31,027 nt of DNA. It comes from a virus (Duplodnaviria > Caudoviricetes). Below, piece after piece: positions 18,882-27,290 of this stretch. The notes under the pieces were generated by a model. That model ran no database searches and was not told where the DNA came from. It saw only the letters and a program-made list of their open reading frames with translations. The DNA is taken from positions 1 through 31,027 of the IMG/VR virus record IMGVR_UViG_3300010048_000244. The stretch is one strand, 5' to 3'. The stretch's first letter is position 1, and every line of letters starts with the position of its first letter. The position numbers and the translations under genes were made by a program.

Positions 18882-19191
18882 GATCCTCAAGGCTTCCCTG
18901 AGTGGCCGCAAGTACGGCTTCCAGATCGGCGCAGTCCTGAAGCTTCTCATTGTAGGCGGACTGAAGGCTGTCATAGCGATTGCGCTCCGTGGCAACTACT
19001 AACTGTAACTCCGCGATCTGATTGTCCTTGACCTGACAGGCGACCTTAGCCTCCTCAAGCAGGCGGATAAAATTGTCCCGCTCGCGCTTGGCCTCGTCGT
19101 AGTACGCGGCGGCGGCCATGGCCGCTTCCCTGCTGTGGTCCCGTACCGGCATCGGGACCGGCACGTCTTCCGGTATTGGAATGTTAGTCAT
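18703..19191 (-). CDS. Coiled-coil hypothetical protein
   Basis: A GGGGAG RBS precedes MTNIPIPED; the body is helical with a heptad pattern. Confidence 0.65.
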   Translation of the reverse strand: MTNIPIPEDVPVPMPVRDHSREAAMAAAAYYDEAKRERDNFIRLLEEAKVACQVKDNQIAELQLVVATERNRYDSLQSAYNEKLQDCADLEAVLAATQGSLEDHAARLGRFEFSRVKRKRNGSAKRNGEPVPDTSGSDAALAELSSLVAHGKPVLGSQSETG

Positions 19192-19207
19192 TTCCCATCT
19201 CCCTTGC

Positions 19208-19282
19208 TTAGTGAAAGAAAACCCACGCAAACAACGCCACACACAGAAAGAAACACAGCGCCTCGACCGCAGCGGGTGTCAT
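19208..19282 (-). CDS. 24-aa hydrophobic peptide (not in the ORF track)
   Basis: ATGA overlap with the HNH stop; MTPAAVEALCFFLCVALFAWVFFH. Confidence 0.45.
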   Translation of the reverse strand: MTPAAVEALCFFLCVALFAWVFFH

Positions 19283-19650
19283 CGCCGCTCCACCGTGCCG
19301 TCCATGCGCTTGCGCAGCCCGCTGCGCTTGGTCCCCGGCATCGGCCGCCCCTTCTTTGGCTTAATCCCAAAATGCTTCATTCGTGTTCGGACGATCTTTC
19401 GTTTGACACGCATGTCATCTTTATTCTTGTCGCGGTGACAAGCAGGGCAGAGCAATTGAATGTTGTACTCTCGATTTGCGCCGCCGTTGGCAATGGCGAT
19501 GATGTGGTCGTATCGTGGGGATAGAGGGCCATCGACAACCCGCCAGCAAGCACAGCAACGCCCGCCGCTACGATCAGAAATTCGAACCATAACTCTAGGC
19601 GGCGGTCTGGTGTCATCGGTCTTGCCTATCCACTCAGGTACGGCTCTCAT
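19279..19650 (-). CDS. HNH endonuclease (CxxC...DH...N...CxxCH)
   Basis: CCAC, YDHIIAIANGG.N...NIQLLCPACH. Confidence 0.88.
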   Translation of the reverse strand: MRAVPEWIGKTDDTRPPPRVMVRISDRSGGRCCACWRVVDGPLSPRYDHIIAIANGGANREYNIQLLCPACHRDKNKDDMRVKRKIVRTRMKHFGIKPKKGRPMPGTKRSGLRKRMDGTVERR

Positions 19651-20072
19651 GTTACCATCTCTTCGATTTCGGCGCGAAGGTCCGCCTCTTTGATGTGCGG
19701 AAGAAGATCACAACAGACAATAAAAACAATACGGTTGATGAGGCGAGTGAGAGTATCAGCGCGAACTTTAGAAAGGCTTCTAGGTACGACCACAGTGCGC
19801 CCATCTTCCACTCCAAACCGGGCGAACCGCGCCCTGATCCTCAGATCGTCCATGGCGTCTTCCTTGGTTTCGTAGACGCCGCCGTCTGTCAGCTTCTGCG
19901 CTAACGCCCACAGGAACCGTAACTGACGCAAGTTGCGCGGCACCGTTATTTCAGCCCAGACCATGTCATCACTGAGCCGCTTGATTTCGTCGTCCGACTG
20001 CTGATCGACGCCGAAGATGCCGACCTCGCCTGCGAACTTGGCCTTTCTTTTTTGAACCGCGATTTCGATCAT
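19647..20072 (-). CDS. Phage protein, NinB/DUF1367-like recombination accessory
   Basis: PRNLRQLRFLWAL...PRSLS, lying between the annealase and an HNH gene. Confidence 0.55.
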   Translation of the reverse strand: MIEIAVQKRKAKFAGEVGIFGVDQQSDDEIKRLSDDMVWAEITVPRNLRQLRFLWALAQKLTDGGVYETKEDAMDDLRIRARFARFGVEDGRTVVVPRSLSKVRADTLTRLINRIVFIVCCDLLPHIKEADLRAEIEEMVT

Positions 20073-21115
20073 CCCAACTGTTCCGCACGTTCCTTAACCA
20101 GCGTTTCCCAATCCTCGATATCCGGCGGGAAGCAGGGTTGCCATAATGGCCGCTGCGCTTGGAAAAACTTGTCCAGATCGCCTGACGTTTCCAACCGCGA
20201 TAGTTGATCGATGAACCACATCCGGTAGGCGTCAGGATCGTCTTCCGGCTTGGGCTGCGGCGGTTCTTGCGTCTTCGCCTTCTCTATCGCCTTCATCAGA
20301 TTGGCGTGCGACTTCGGCTTCTCCGCTTTCATGCGGTCAAGCATGGCGTGCTGTTCCGGAGTGAATGCCCCTGTCTCCGAATAGGACTTCAACAGCACTT
20401 CGCCAAAAGACTTCCAGTCGAACGGCTTGTCCGTGGCGATTGGTTTTTTCGACGCCGCTATCTCGTCCGCTAACTGTTCCGGTCGCGTGTACTCCGGTTC
20501 TTTCGATGCGATATCGACCAGTGCTTCCGCCGTCTTGTTGGGCGGCTCGATCTGCCGCGACTGCGGCGCTTCTTCTTCAGCCTGATCCATCTCTTCGCTG
20601 GTGTAGACGCCAGACAGATCAGCCGGGAACGCCTTGCGTAACGCCAGCGCTTCCGCGACCTTGCCCAGCATCAGGTACGGCATCTTTTTCCACATGGCGA
20701 TGGGTACATTTTTATTGTTCACCTGAACATATTCAGACCAGCGCGCCGATGCGGTGAAGGAAACGCGAGTGTCGCCGACCATCCGATATACGCTGACGGT
20801 CGCCTTGTTCGGGTGCTGCTTATCTTCGCTGTCGAATATGACATCATCGATACCGGCAAGTCCGTTACGCGCCGCGACAACGCGGTAGCCGTCGATCCCA
20901 GTTTGAATTGTGCCAACCATGTCGTATCCGTTTTTCTCAGGGTTCCACACCCGGCGTTTGATGAAGTAGATTTGCTTAGTGAGTGGATCGAGGCCGGTGC
21001 GGTGCGCCGCGTACAGGAACAACTTAAGTTCGTTGTCGGTCGCACCGCGAGCTACCGTCTGCTTAATAAGATCGATCTGCTCCCGGCTAAAATCCTGTTT
21101 GGCTAGTGCGTTCAT
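20069..21115 (-). CDS. bet: Phage single-strand annealing protein (Bet/RecT family)
   Basis: ATDNELKLFL, GLDPLTKQIYFI, TGIDGYR and W.KMP..ML.KVAE..ALRKAFP...G.Y..EEM. ATG 21115 overlaps the exonuclease stop. Confidence 0.92.
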   Translation of the reverse strand: MNALAKQDFSREQIDLIKQTVARGATDNELKLFLYAAHRTGLDPLTKQIYFIKRRVWNPEKNGYDMVGTIQTGIDGYRVVAARNGLAGIDDVIFDSEDKQHPNKATVSVYRMVGDTRVSFTASARWSEYVQVNNKNVPIAMWKKMPYLMLGKVAEALALRKAFPADLSGVYTSEEMDQAEEEAPQSRQIEPPNKTAEALVDIASKEPEYTRPEQLADEIAASKKPIATDKPFDWKSFGEVLLKSYSETGAFTPEQHAMLDRMKAEKPKSHANLMKAIEKAKTQEPPQPKPEDDPDAYRMWFIDQLSRLETSGDLDKFFQAQRPLWQPCFPPDIEDWETLVKERAEQLG

Positions 21116-21909
21116 TTTGCTTCTCTCAGGGATAGCGCGCCTGCGCGGTTGCGAATGATTGTGATGCCGTGTCCGTAGCAAAGTTTGGCGTCTGCGGGCA
21201 CCAGCGCCTTGAGCGCCTTGTCGGCTTCCTTGGCGATCTGCGCCGCGCCGTAAGCCTGCATCCAACGTTCCGCCTGCGCCTTCCATTCGGCGCTGTTAGC
21301 CATATCGTATTCTTTGATGGCGTTAACTGGTGGGGTAGGGGCGGCAGGCAGTTCTACGGGCGGGACGCGCGAGCGTACGCACAGCCAGAACGCCGCTGCC
21401 CTCGCCCATAGCTCCCGCCCGTACTGGCGATCATACGGGACAAACTCGACTACCGGTTCTGCCCCGCCTATGATCACGCTGATGGCGCACTCTTTCGCTT
21501 TCGTCACCATCATCTGCCAATGAAGCTGGGGTTGATACCGTGAGATGACTTCATCTAACACGGAGCGGCCATTGACATCCTTGGCCTCGATTGGGCACTT
21601 GCGCTGATCCAGCCAGCCGTCGAGGGTGGCAGCAGTCCAATCGAGACTGCCGACACCGACGACGACCTCCCCCTTACGGCTAATCGGCCCGTGCCTCATA
21701 GCCGCCCATCTGAGATTGAGTTCTTCCGTAGCGATGCCGCGTTGCACCGGCCACACTTCGGAGAAGTCCGCCTCGACATAGCGCGGGTCGCCCGTGTGCA
21801 TGAGCCACAGATCGTTAACCTTGTAGGGGTCACCGGCCATGAGGATGTTACATTCGCTTCCTGTAAAATGGCCGCGCCTCAACTCTTTTTGTTTTTCCGT
21901 TAAAGCCAT
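21112..21909 (-). CDS. YqaJ/lambda-exonuclease-family recombination exonuclease
   Basis: R...FTGSE, G...E, ATLDG, IEAK and Y.PQLHWQM, adjacent to Bet. Confidence 0.9.
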   Translation of the reverse strand: MALTEKQKELRRGHFTGSECNILMAGDPYKVNDLWLMHTGDPRYVEADFSEVWPVQRGIATEELNLRWAAMRHGPISRKGEVVVGVGSLDWTAATLDGWLDQRKCPIEAKDVNGRSVLDEVISRYQPQLHWQMMVTKAKECAISVIIGGAEPVVEFVPYDRQYGRELWARAAAFWLCVRSRVPPVELPAAPTPPVNAIKEYDMANSAEWKAQAERWMQAYGAAQIAKEADKALKALVPADAKLCYGHGITIIRNRAGALSLREAK

Positions 21910-22352
21910 GTTGTTCCGTTCCTTACTCTGTAAATCGCGCTTAGACACATGTCGTAGTCCGCTGCGATTTGTTTTACGGGGCGAGGATCAGAACGGATGG
22001 CTAGAACGTCAGATCGCGTCAGCCGTGCGGTTGCCGATTTCTCTGGCGGTTGGTGATAAGATCGACCTTTGCGTACTCGGTCTGCAACATTGGCAGCGGC
22101 GTCGCCTAAGAAAAGATGTTCCGGATTTACGCACGCGGGATTGTCACAATGATGCAGGACCCACGCGCCAGCAGGGATTGGCCCGCGATAAATTTCCCAT
22201 GCTGCACGGTGTGCTTTCTGGCATCGTGAAGTGCTGCCTATACCGAAAAATCCATAACCCGATTGCTTATCCAAAGAAGCGGTCCACAACCAACACCCGG
22301 AGTTGGGTTCCGGCACGAACTTACTTTCAAACCGTTTGCGTCTATTGCTCAC
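21900..22352 (-). CDS. HNH homing endonuclease with a C-terminal HTH-like tail
   Basis: PEPNSGCWLWT, AHRAAW, LHHCDNPACVNPEHL and IAADY......I.R...G.TW. Confidence 0.9.
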   Translation of the reverse strand: MSNRRKRFESKFVPEPNSGCWLWTASLDKQSGYGFFGIGSTSRCQKAHRAAWEIYRGPIPAGAWVLHHCDNPACVNPEHLFLGDAAANVADRVRKGRSYHQPPEKSATARLTRSDVLAIRSDPRPVKQIAADYDMCLSAIYRVRNGTTWL

Positions 22353-22373
22353 TGTAAACCTCTTAAGTCTTAC

Positions 22374-22499
22374 GTGCGGGTCGGTAGCCTTTCGCGGTTT
22401 CTAATGCCGGGCCTGACGCCCTGAGAACCACCACCGCGTTTTAACTGTGAGTACGTCAACAGCAGGCTACCTTTGTATTGTGTGTACCGATCCCCGCAC
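22374..22499. ncRNA. Candidate structured RNA element (family unassigned)
   Basis: Nested complementary stems: gtgcggg/cccgcac, ggtagcct/aggctacc, cgcggt/accgcg and gggc/gccc. Confidence 0.45.
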
Positions 22500-22524
22500 T
22501 AACCGGCCAAGGTTGGGCGGCTCT

Positions 22525-23097
22525 CTAAGCGGCTTGTCCCTGATCGTTAGTATTCTGGGCGGCTTCAAGCTTCCGTTTCCATTCCGCCTCTAAGGCTTCG
22601 ATGGCGGTTGCATAGCCTTCCTCGTTCTGATGCCGCCAAGAGTAAGCGACCTTAATACGGTATCCATGCAACGTCGTGTTGATTTCACCAAGACGCTTCT
22701 GTACCGCGACGCGCTCTTGTAACAGTCCTTTGATCCAAGCAACGCAAGGGTAAACCTGCGTGACCTCGTTGTAGCTTTCCGAAGCCTGCTTGGAGTAATC
22801 GCCTTCCTTAAACAGCAGATTACCAAGGCGGGCGTGAATGCCCTTAATATGAACAATCCTGCTGCCGTCGTGGCTCAACACTTCCAAAGACAGATTGGCG
22901 GTGTCCTGCTTTACCGCCAGCTTGCGACGAGAAACAATCGCCTCGACTGCCTGCTTGTAGCTATCGAACGTGCGATTGTGCTGGTGATCGTGAGTGCTGT
23001 TGAACAGCGGCCCGCTCACGATAAAGCGCATGTCACTGTGGCTGTCGTAGTCATCGACCTTGATGATATGACCGTCAAACTCTCGTTCCGTAGGCAT
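22525..23097 (-). CDS. Hypothetical protein, first gene of the leftward operon
   Basis: 190 aa with an AGAGG RBS. Confidence 0.7.
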   Translation of the reverse strand: MPTEREFDGHIIKVDDYDSHSDMRFIVSGPLFNSTHDHQHNRTFDSYKQAVEAIVSRRKLAVKQDTANLSLEVLSHDGSRIVHIKGIHARLGNLLFKEGDYSKQASESYNEVTQVYPCVAWIKGLLQERVAVQKRLGEINTTLHGYRIKVAYSWRHQNEEGYATAIEALEAEWKRKLEAAQNTNDQGQAA

Positions 23098-23138
23098 GGT
23101 AAGCCTCTTGTGTTTGCTGTTGAAGGAGTGTAGCTGTA

Positions 23139-23161
23139 TTGACAGTCGCTACGATTGTCAA
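23139..23161. promoter_or_regulatory. Palindromic operator/overlapping -35 elements at the divergence point
   Basis: TTGACAgtcg-cta-cgatTGTCAA sits in the 73-bp gap between divergent genes. Confidence 0.65.
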
Positions 23162-23170
23162 GGGGTCACC

Positions 23171-23707
23171 GTGCTGACAAGAGCTAAAATAATGCAACTG
23201 CGGAAACAACGCCCCAACATCACCGCAGCGCAAATGGCTAGGATATGCGGGGTTAGCCGTGAGCGAGTGCGTCAACTCCTTGTTCAATTGGGGTGGCGTA
23301 AGAGCCGCTACACTTTTCCCCTGACTAAGGAACGTCAATGCTGGCTGAATATGCTCAATAGGTGCTTTAACCCGCACAATAAATCGTTCAAGTGCTATGG
23401 CGGAAGAGGCATTTCGGTTTGTCTTCGATGGCAGAACTCTTACAGGGCGTTCTTAAAGGATATGGGGCAAAAGCCATTTCCTGAAGCGACCTTAGAGCGC
23501 ATAGATAACGATGACGATTATACGCCATCAAATTGCAGATGGGCTACGCGCAAAGACCAAGCAAACAATCGAAGAACATATAAGTACAAACTGCGTGGCG
23601 CTTTTATGAAGCTTTACGGTAAGTCTTTGCGTGATGCCGGGCACGACCCGCGAAGCATGTCTTGTGATCAGATACGGAAGGTAATGAAGTCAATCAATGG
23701 GGGTTGA
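23171..23707 (+). CDS. HTH-HNH endonuclease fusion protein
   Basis: GTG 23171 follows [28 protein letters not shown], then [11 protein letters not shown]...[17 protein letters not shown]. Confidence 0.8.
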   Translation: MLTRAKIMQLRKQRPNITAAQMARICGVSRERVRQLLVQLGWRKSRYTFPLTKERQCWLNMLNRCFNPHNKSFKCYGGRGISVCLRWQNSYRAFLKDMGQKPFPEATLERIDNDDDYTPSNCRWATRKDQANNRRTYKYKLRGAFMKLYGKSLRDAGHDPRSMSCDQIRKVMKSINGG

Positions 23708-24248
23708 GCCAATGGATGCAATAATGCCGCGCGGTGATCTGTGGACGGACGACGCCAAGAAGGTTGTCCGCGACTACTGGATGCAAGGCTATTCGGCGCT
23801 GTGGATTGGCGACAAGCTGGGCAAGTCGCGGCGCTCGATCATGGGACTGGTTTGGAGGATGGGGCTAATGCGGGTGGAGCGGCCGAAGAACCCTGCGCCG
23901 ATGACCCACGGCGAGAACCGGGGTACGGTGGGGCGCAAGCCGATCCGGGCGATCCTTGGGGCCAAGCGGTCGGATGGTAAACCTTTAAGTCTAACGAGCG
24001 TGCCGATGCCGGAACCTTCGGTCGCCGCCAAGACCAGTTACCGGGACGGCGGTAAAATAGATTTGATGTCGTTACGGAGCAATTCCTGCCGGTGGCCGCT
24101 GGGTGATCCGCAGCAGCCCGGTTTCGGCTATTGCGGTGCCACCACGGACGGCACCTCTCCGTATTGCGCAATCCACAAGAAAGTTGCGTTCCACAGTCTG
24201 CGTGCCGTGACCGGCAAGGGGTTTGCTCTCAAGACGCAGGCGAAATGA
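23697..24248 (+). CDS. gcrA: GcrA-family cell-cycle transcriptional regulator
   Basis: WT......W..G.SA..I...LG.SR.SI.G...R.GL at the N-terminus and CRWPLGDP...F.YCG.....PYC..H at the C-terminus. Confidence 0.9.
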   Translation: MGVEPMDAIMPRGDLWTDDAKKVVRDYWMQGYSALWIGDKLGKSRRSIMGLVWRMGLMRVERPKNPAPMTHGENRGTVGRKPIRAILGAKRSDGKPLSLTSVPMPEPSVAAKTSYRDGGKIDLMSLRSNSCRWPLGDPQQPGFGYCGATTDGTSPYCAIHKKVAFHSLRAVTGKGFALKTQAK

Positions 24249-24325
24249 CCGCGTCGGACAACCGCTTTCTTGGGTGGGGGTGGGGATAAGCAAGGGGAGG
24301 GGTTTTTCACAATCGTGTCAAGCCC

Positions 24326-24359
24326 AGATGTTCCATAATACAGTGGTTATGGAACATCT
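24326..24359. other. 13-8-13 inverted repeat, candidate tyrosine-recombinase (dif/Xer-like) site
   Basis: AGATGTTCCATAA-TACAGTGG-TTATGGAACATCT: perfect arms, intergenic. Confidence 0.6.
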
Positions 24360-24384
24360 CATGCAAATTTAATGTGAGGCGGCC

Positions 24385-24624
24385 ATGGTCTATCGCGTGA
24401 TCTGTATGCCCGGCGGGGGTGGCAGCTTTGATTACTACGTGGCCAACAGTCCGCCCGGCAGGGCCATACGTGGGCGTTCCACGTCACCGCTGTTTGATGC
24501 CTGCCGAAGATTAAAACTCATGGGCGCGTCCCCAATGGCGCGTGCGGCCCTGTACCACGAAGGCTCCCCCCATTGGGCCGTTCGGTGTCCAATATGGGTT
24601 GGTGAAAAAAGACTAGATGCCTGA
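24385..24624 (+). CDS. Hypothetical protein (79 aa)
   Basis: GAGG RBS; overlaps the rusA start. Confidence 0.6.
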   Translation: MVYRVICMPGGGGSFDYYVANSPPGRAIRGRSTSPLFDACRRLKLMGASPMARAALYHEGSPHWAVRCPIWVGEKRLDA

Positions 24625-24988
24625 TACCGTATTGGACCTGACGCTGCCGCCGTCCGTGAACACGACGCGGAAGGTCGATTACTGGGGGCATCAGAAGGCG
24701 GAAAACTGGCGCAAGGACAATGACAAGCGCTTGATGGTTAACAAGCAGAATAAATATCAGACGATTACCGGACCCTACGAGGTCACAATCCACATCCGCC
24801 GCACCACTATGCGAAAAGACCCGGACAACGTCTTGAAGTGCTTGTTAGATTATTGCGTGTCGCGGAGTGTTGTTGCAGGCGACGGGCCACAGCACGTCGA
24901 GGGCATCCATGTCCTGTGGGCGGACGACCTTCCGGAGCAGTGCCGCGTCACTATCAGTCCGGTGGTAGCGAAGCGAAACTATCTTTGA
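24617..24988 (+). CDS. rusA: RusA-family Holliday junction resolvase
   Basis: LPPSVN and DPDNVLKCLLD...GD. Confidence 0.8.
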   Translation: MPDTVLDLTLPPSVNTTRKVDYWGHQKAENWRKDNDKRLMVNKQNKYQTITGPYEVTIHIRRTTMRKDPDNVLKCLLDYCVSRSVVAGDGPQHVEGIHVLWADDLPEQCRVTISPVVAKRNYL

Positions 24989-25332
24989 TCTTGACGATCC
25001 TGTGTCGGCAGGGTTACAAAAAGATTGCGCCCCGATCCAGCACTGGGGAAGGATCGAGGCGCGGAACTCGATGCTAGCTTTGCAGGCACATCGAGCTAGA
25101 ACTGGCAGAACTCTTATCCTACCTGCCGGTTCCAATCAAGCCCTGCAAGACCACTGGCGAACCGTTCCGGACGGTGACGCCATTACCCGCACCGGGAGAA
25201 CCCCGTCATGTGCTTGAGGACGCTTGTCCGTAAGACACTGCGGTCTAACGCTAGAGAGGATTTCTCAGCTTCTAATCTCGTCATCTCATCATCTCTAGTA
25301 GCCGTTGGTAACTAATTGGGAGGAATATAGAA

Positions 25333-25596
25333 ATGACTTTCACTCACAAGAATAACTCTGGTTCTTTGTTCAAGAATAATCGTAAAGAGAAGGATACTCA
25401 TCCTGATTATAGGGGTGAGATAAATGTTGAAGGTAAAGTTTATTGGCTCAACGCTTGGTTGAATGAAGCGCAATCTACTGGTCAAAAGTATTTATCGATT
25501 AGGGTCAATCCCAAGGAAGAACAGCAAAAAAAGGAGAAGTTTAAGGTTGTCGGCGGCACAGACCAAAACGATCCCGATGACGAAATCCCGTTCTGA
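25333..25596 (+). CDS. Small ssDNA-binding-like protein (DUF736-like)
   Basis: GGAGG RBS; GSLFKN..K....PDY.G; acidic DDEIPF C-terminal tail. Confidence 0.75.
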   Translation: MTFTHKNNSGSLFKNNRKEKDTHPDYRGEINVEGKVYWLNAWLNEAQSTGQKYLSIRVNPKEEQQKKEKFKVVGGTDQNDPDDEIPF

Positions 25597-25604
25597 GGCG
25601 TGTC

Positions 25605-26165
25605 ATGGCAAACGAGATTGTGCTGAAGGAATACGACAGGGCGCTGTGGCAATTATCAAAAGCGCGATCTGCAAAGGAAATCGAGCAAGTCCGGGGGGTT
25701 GCGGTGATTATGCGGACCGCAGCCAAAGTGTTGAAAAATCGGGAAATGGCAGCGGATGCGTGGGACTTGGAGACACGGGCAACACGACAGCTTGGGTTCG
25801 GGTTGGTTGATGGCAAGGACGAGCGGGCTGGAGTTGGCAAGCCTAATGCGTCGGATCGCGACGCATTACCGACACTCAAACAGCTTGGTATAGGAAATGC
25901 GTTGGCGGATCGTGCCCGAAAACTATCGCGGATGTCTGATAAAGAGTTTGGTCTTTACATCGTTGATGGGCGTGCAGAGGCTGGGATATCAAGCACTGTA
26001 GATGGTTCTCCGGAATATAAGAGCGCTGGAAAAGAAAAGAAAAAGAAAAAACCAGCATTCGATAAGTGGGATCGCTTGTTAGATGCCGCCCGCGAAGTTG
26101 TTGAAGATCGCTCGCCCGCCAGTATTGATTGCCTAGCTCAAATCATCAAAGAAAATTGGAGGTAA
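25605..26165 (+). CDS. Hypothetical phage protein
   Basis: 186 aa with a GAGG RBS; the TLKQLGI....ADRARKL segment may be HTH-like. Confidence 0.65.
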   Translation: MANEIVLKEYDRALWQLSKARSAKEIEQVRGVAVIMRTAAKVLKNREMAADAWDLETRATRQLGFGLVDGKDERAGVGKPNASDRDALPTLKQLGIGNALADRARKLSRMSDKEFGLYIVDGRAEAGISSTVDGSPEYKSAGKEKKKKKPAFDKWDRLLDAAREVVEDRSPASIDCLAQIIKENWR

Positions 26166-26169
26166 CGCC

Positions 26170-26646
26170 ATGCCGTTACTGATTTGTTTCGCTTGTGAAC
26201 GTCAACGTACTGTGTTTTGCGCTATGGCAGAGAAGAGGATTTGTTCGATCTGTGGAGCAAATAATCCGATTGTGATCAGAAGCGAAAGCACTATCGGCAA
26301 GCATCGTTCTTGGATCGAATGGGGCGACAAGGATGGGGTCAGTAAGGAAGAGGCGTGCTTGCGAGCCTATAACGCATTGTGGTGGATTGCGGAACAGCGC
26401 CATTATAAAACCAAATGGATTGAGTTTAAGTTTTTGAAGATTTTCGGTTTCTATGCTCAGTATGCTACTGCACCAGAGCCGCCCAGAGCGGCCTTGATGT
26501 ATTGGCTGCACCGAGAAAACGAAGCTTTTAAGAGACGCAAGCGCGAAGAGGAACTCACAAACCGGCCGGTTATTGCCAAAATACCTCATCCGGTAGATTA
26601 TGTGCCATCTTGGATGACAGATGAAGACTGGGCAGTTAAGCTTTGA
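26170..26646 (+). CDS. Zn-ribbon hypothetical protein resembling phage SF2 helicase C-terminal extensions
   Basis: GGAGG RBS; CxxC...CxxC and A..R.YK..W...KF...FG. Confidence 0.6.
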   Translation: MPLLICFACERQRTVFCAMAEKRICSICGANNPIVIRSESTIGKHRSWIEWGDKDGVSKEEACLRAYNALWWIAEQRHYKTKWIEFKFLKIFGFYAQYATAPEPPRAALMYWLHRENEAFKRRKREEELTNRPVIAKIPHPVDYVPSWMTDEDWAVKL

Positions 26647-26807
26647 TCTACGTGGTGATGCTGGAACCGTTGCCGGGGATCGACAGCGTGAAAGCGCTGC
26701 GCGGCTTCCTCAAGCTGGCGCTGCGCCGGTTCGGCCTAAAGTGCATAAGCGTCCAAGAGTGCAGCGACAGCAAGACGAACGTCATGTCCGCGAATTGCGT
26801 TCAATGA
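26643..26807 (+). CDS. 54-aa hypothetical protein (not in the ORF track)
   Basis: TTGA overlap with the upstream stop; MIYVVMLEPLPGIDSVKALRGFLKLALRRFGLKC... Confidence 0.5.
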   Translation: MIYVVMLEPLPGIDSVKALRGFLKLALRRFGLKCISVQECSDSKTNVMSANCVQ

Positions 26808-26879
26808 TCTGTCGGATGTGGCGCGCAAATCACGACCTGATTATGGTGATGCACGGCTTCTCGCCGCTACCGCAACGCA

Positions 26880-27149
26880 ATGGTTGACTTCAGCCTGTGG
26901 CGCAACATGGAAGGCAAAGAGAAGGTCAGTAAGGCGTCCGTTAACTATCGCAGAGCAGACGGACCGCGCCGCTGTGGTAACTGCGATATGTTTCACTGCG
27001 TATCCCCTTACGTGGGAAGCTGCGACCTCGTTCGCGGCGTTATCGAGACGGCCGATGTGTGTCGTGAATGGGTGCAGATCGGGAGCGCCCGCAAAGGGCG
27101 GACTGAGGGATACGACGAGCAGAACAAACCGAAGTCGCCCGGTGGTTAA
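26880..27149 (+). CDS. HiPIP-like 4-Cys iron-sulfur protein without a Tat signal
   Basis: KVSKASVNY......RCGNCDMF......SCDLVRGVI....VCREW follows HiPIP Cys spacing. Confidence 0.65.
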   Translation: MVDFSLWRNMEGKEKVSKASVNYRRADGPRRCGNCDMFHCVSPYVGSCDLVRGVIETADVCREWVQIGSARKGRTEGYDEQNKPKSPGG

Positions 27150-27240
27150 CGCCCAAAAGTTATTCCTTCAATTTTCTGTATTTTTTGCGTCCGCGCGCGT
27201 AAGAGATTTTCCCTTACGGCAAAACTGCCAAAGTCATGCG

Positions 27241-27286
27241 GGACGGGTCCCGGAGCGGCTTGCGCCGCCCCGGTTCGATCCCGTCC
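27241..27286. terminator. GC-rich hairpin between convergent operons
   Basis: Stems ggacggg/cccgtcc, ccgg/ccgg and gcggc/gccgc; no adjacent clean U-tract. Confidence 0.45.
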
Positions 27287-27290
27287 GGTA

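Noticed and set aside
18423-19191. Overlapping pair as Rz/Rz1 spanins
   Set aside because: It is on the opposite strand from the lysis genes, and there is no N-terminal TM on the coiled-coil protein and no convincing lipobox.
21116-21286. Longer Bet start at 21286
   Set aside because: It lies inside the exonuclease gene, and ATG 21115 gives the usual ATGA coupling.
24989-25332. Replication origin or the 25002..25217 ORF
   Set aside because: Only short TCATCTC repeats are present, no initiator gene is adjacent, and the ORF has no clear RBS or motif.
27238-27290. tRNA suggested by GGTTCGATCCC
   Set aside because: No D-arm, anticodon arm or acceptor stem can be built; it folds as a simple hairpin.
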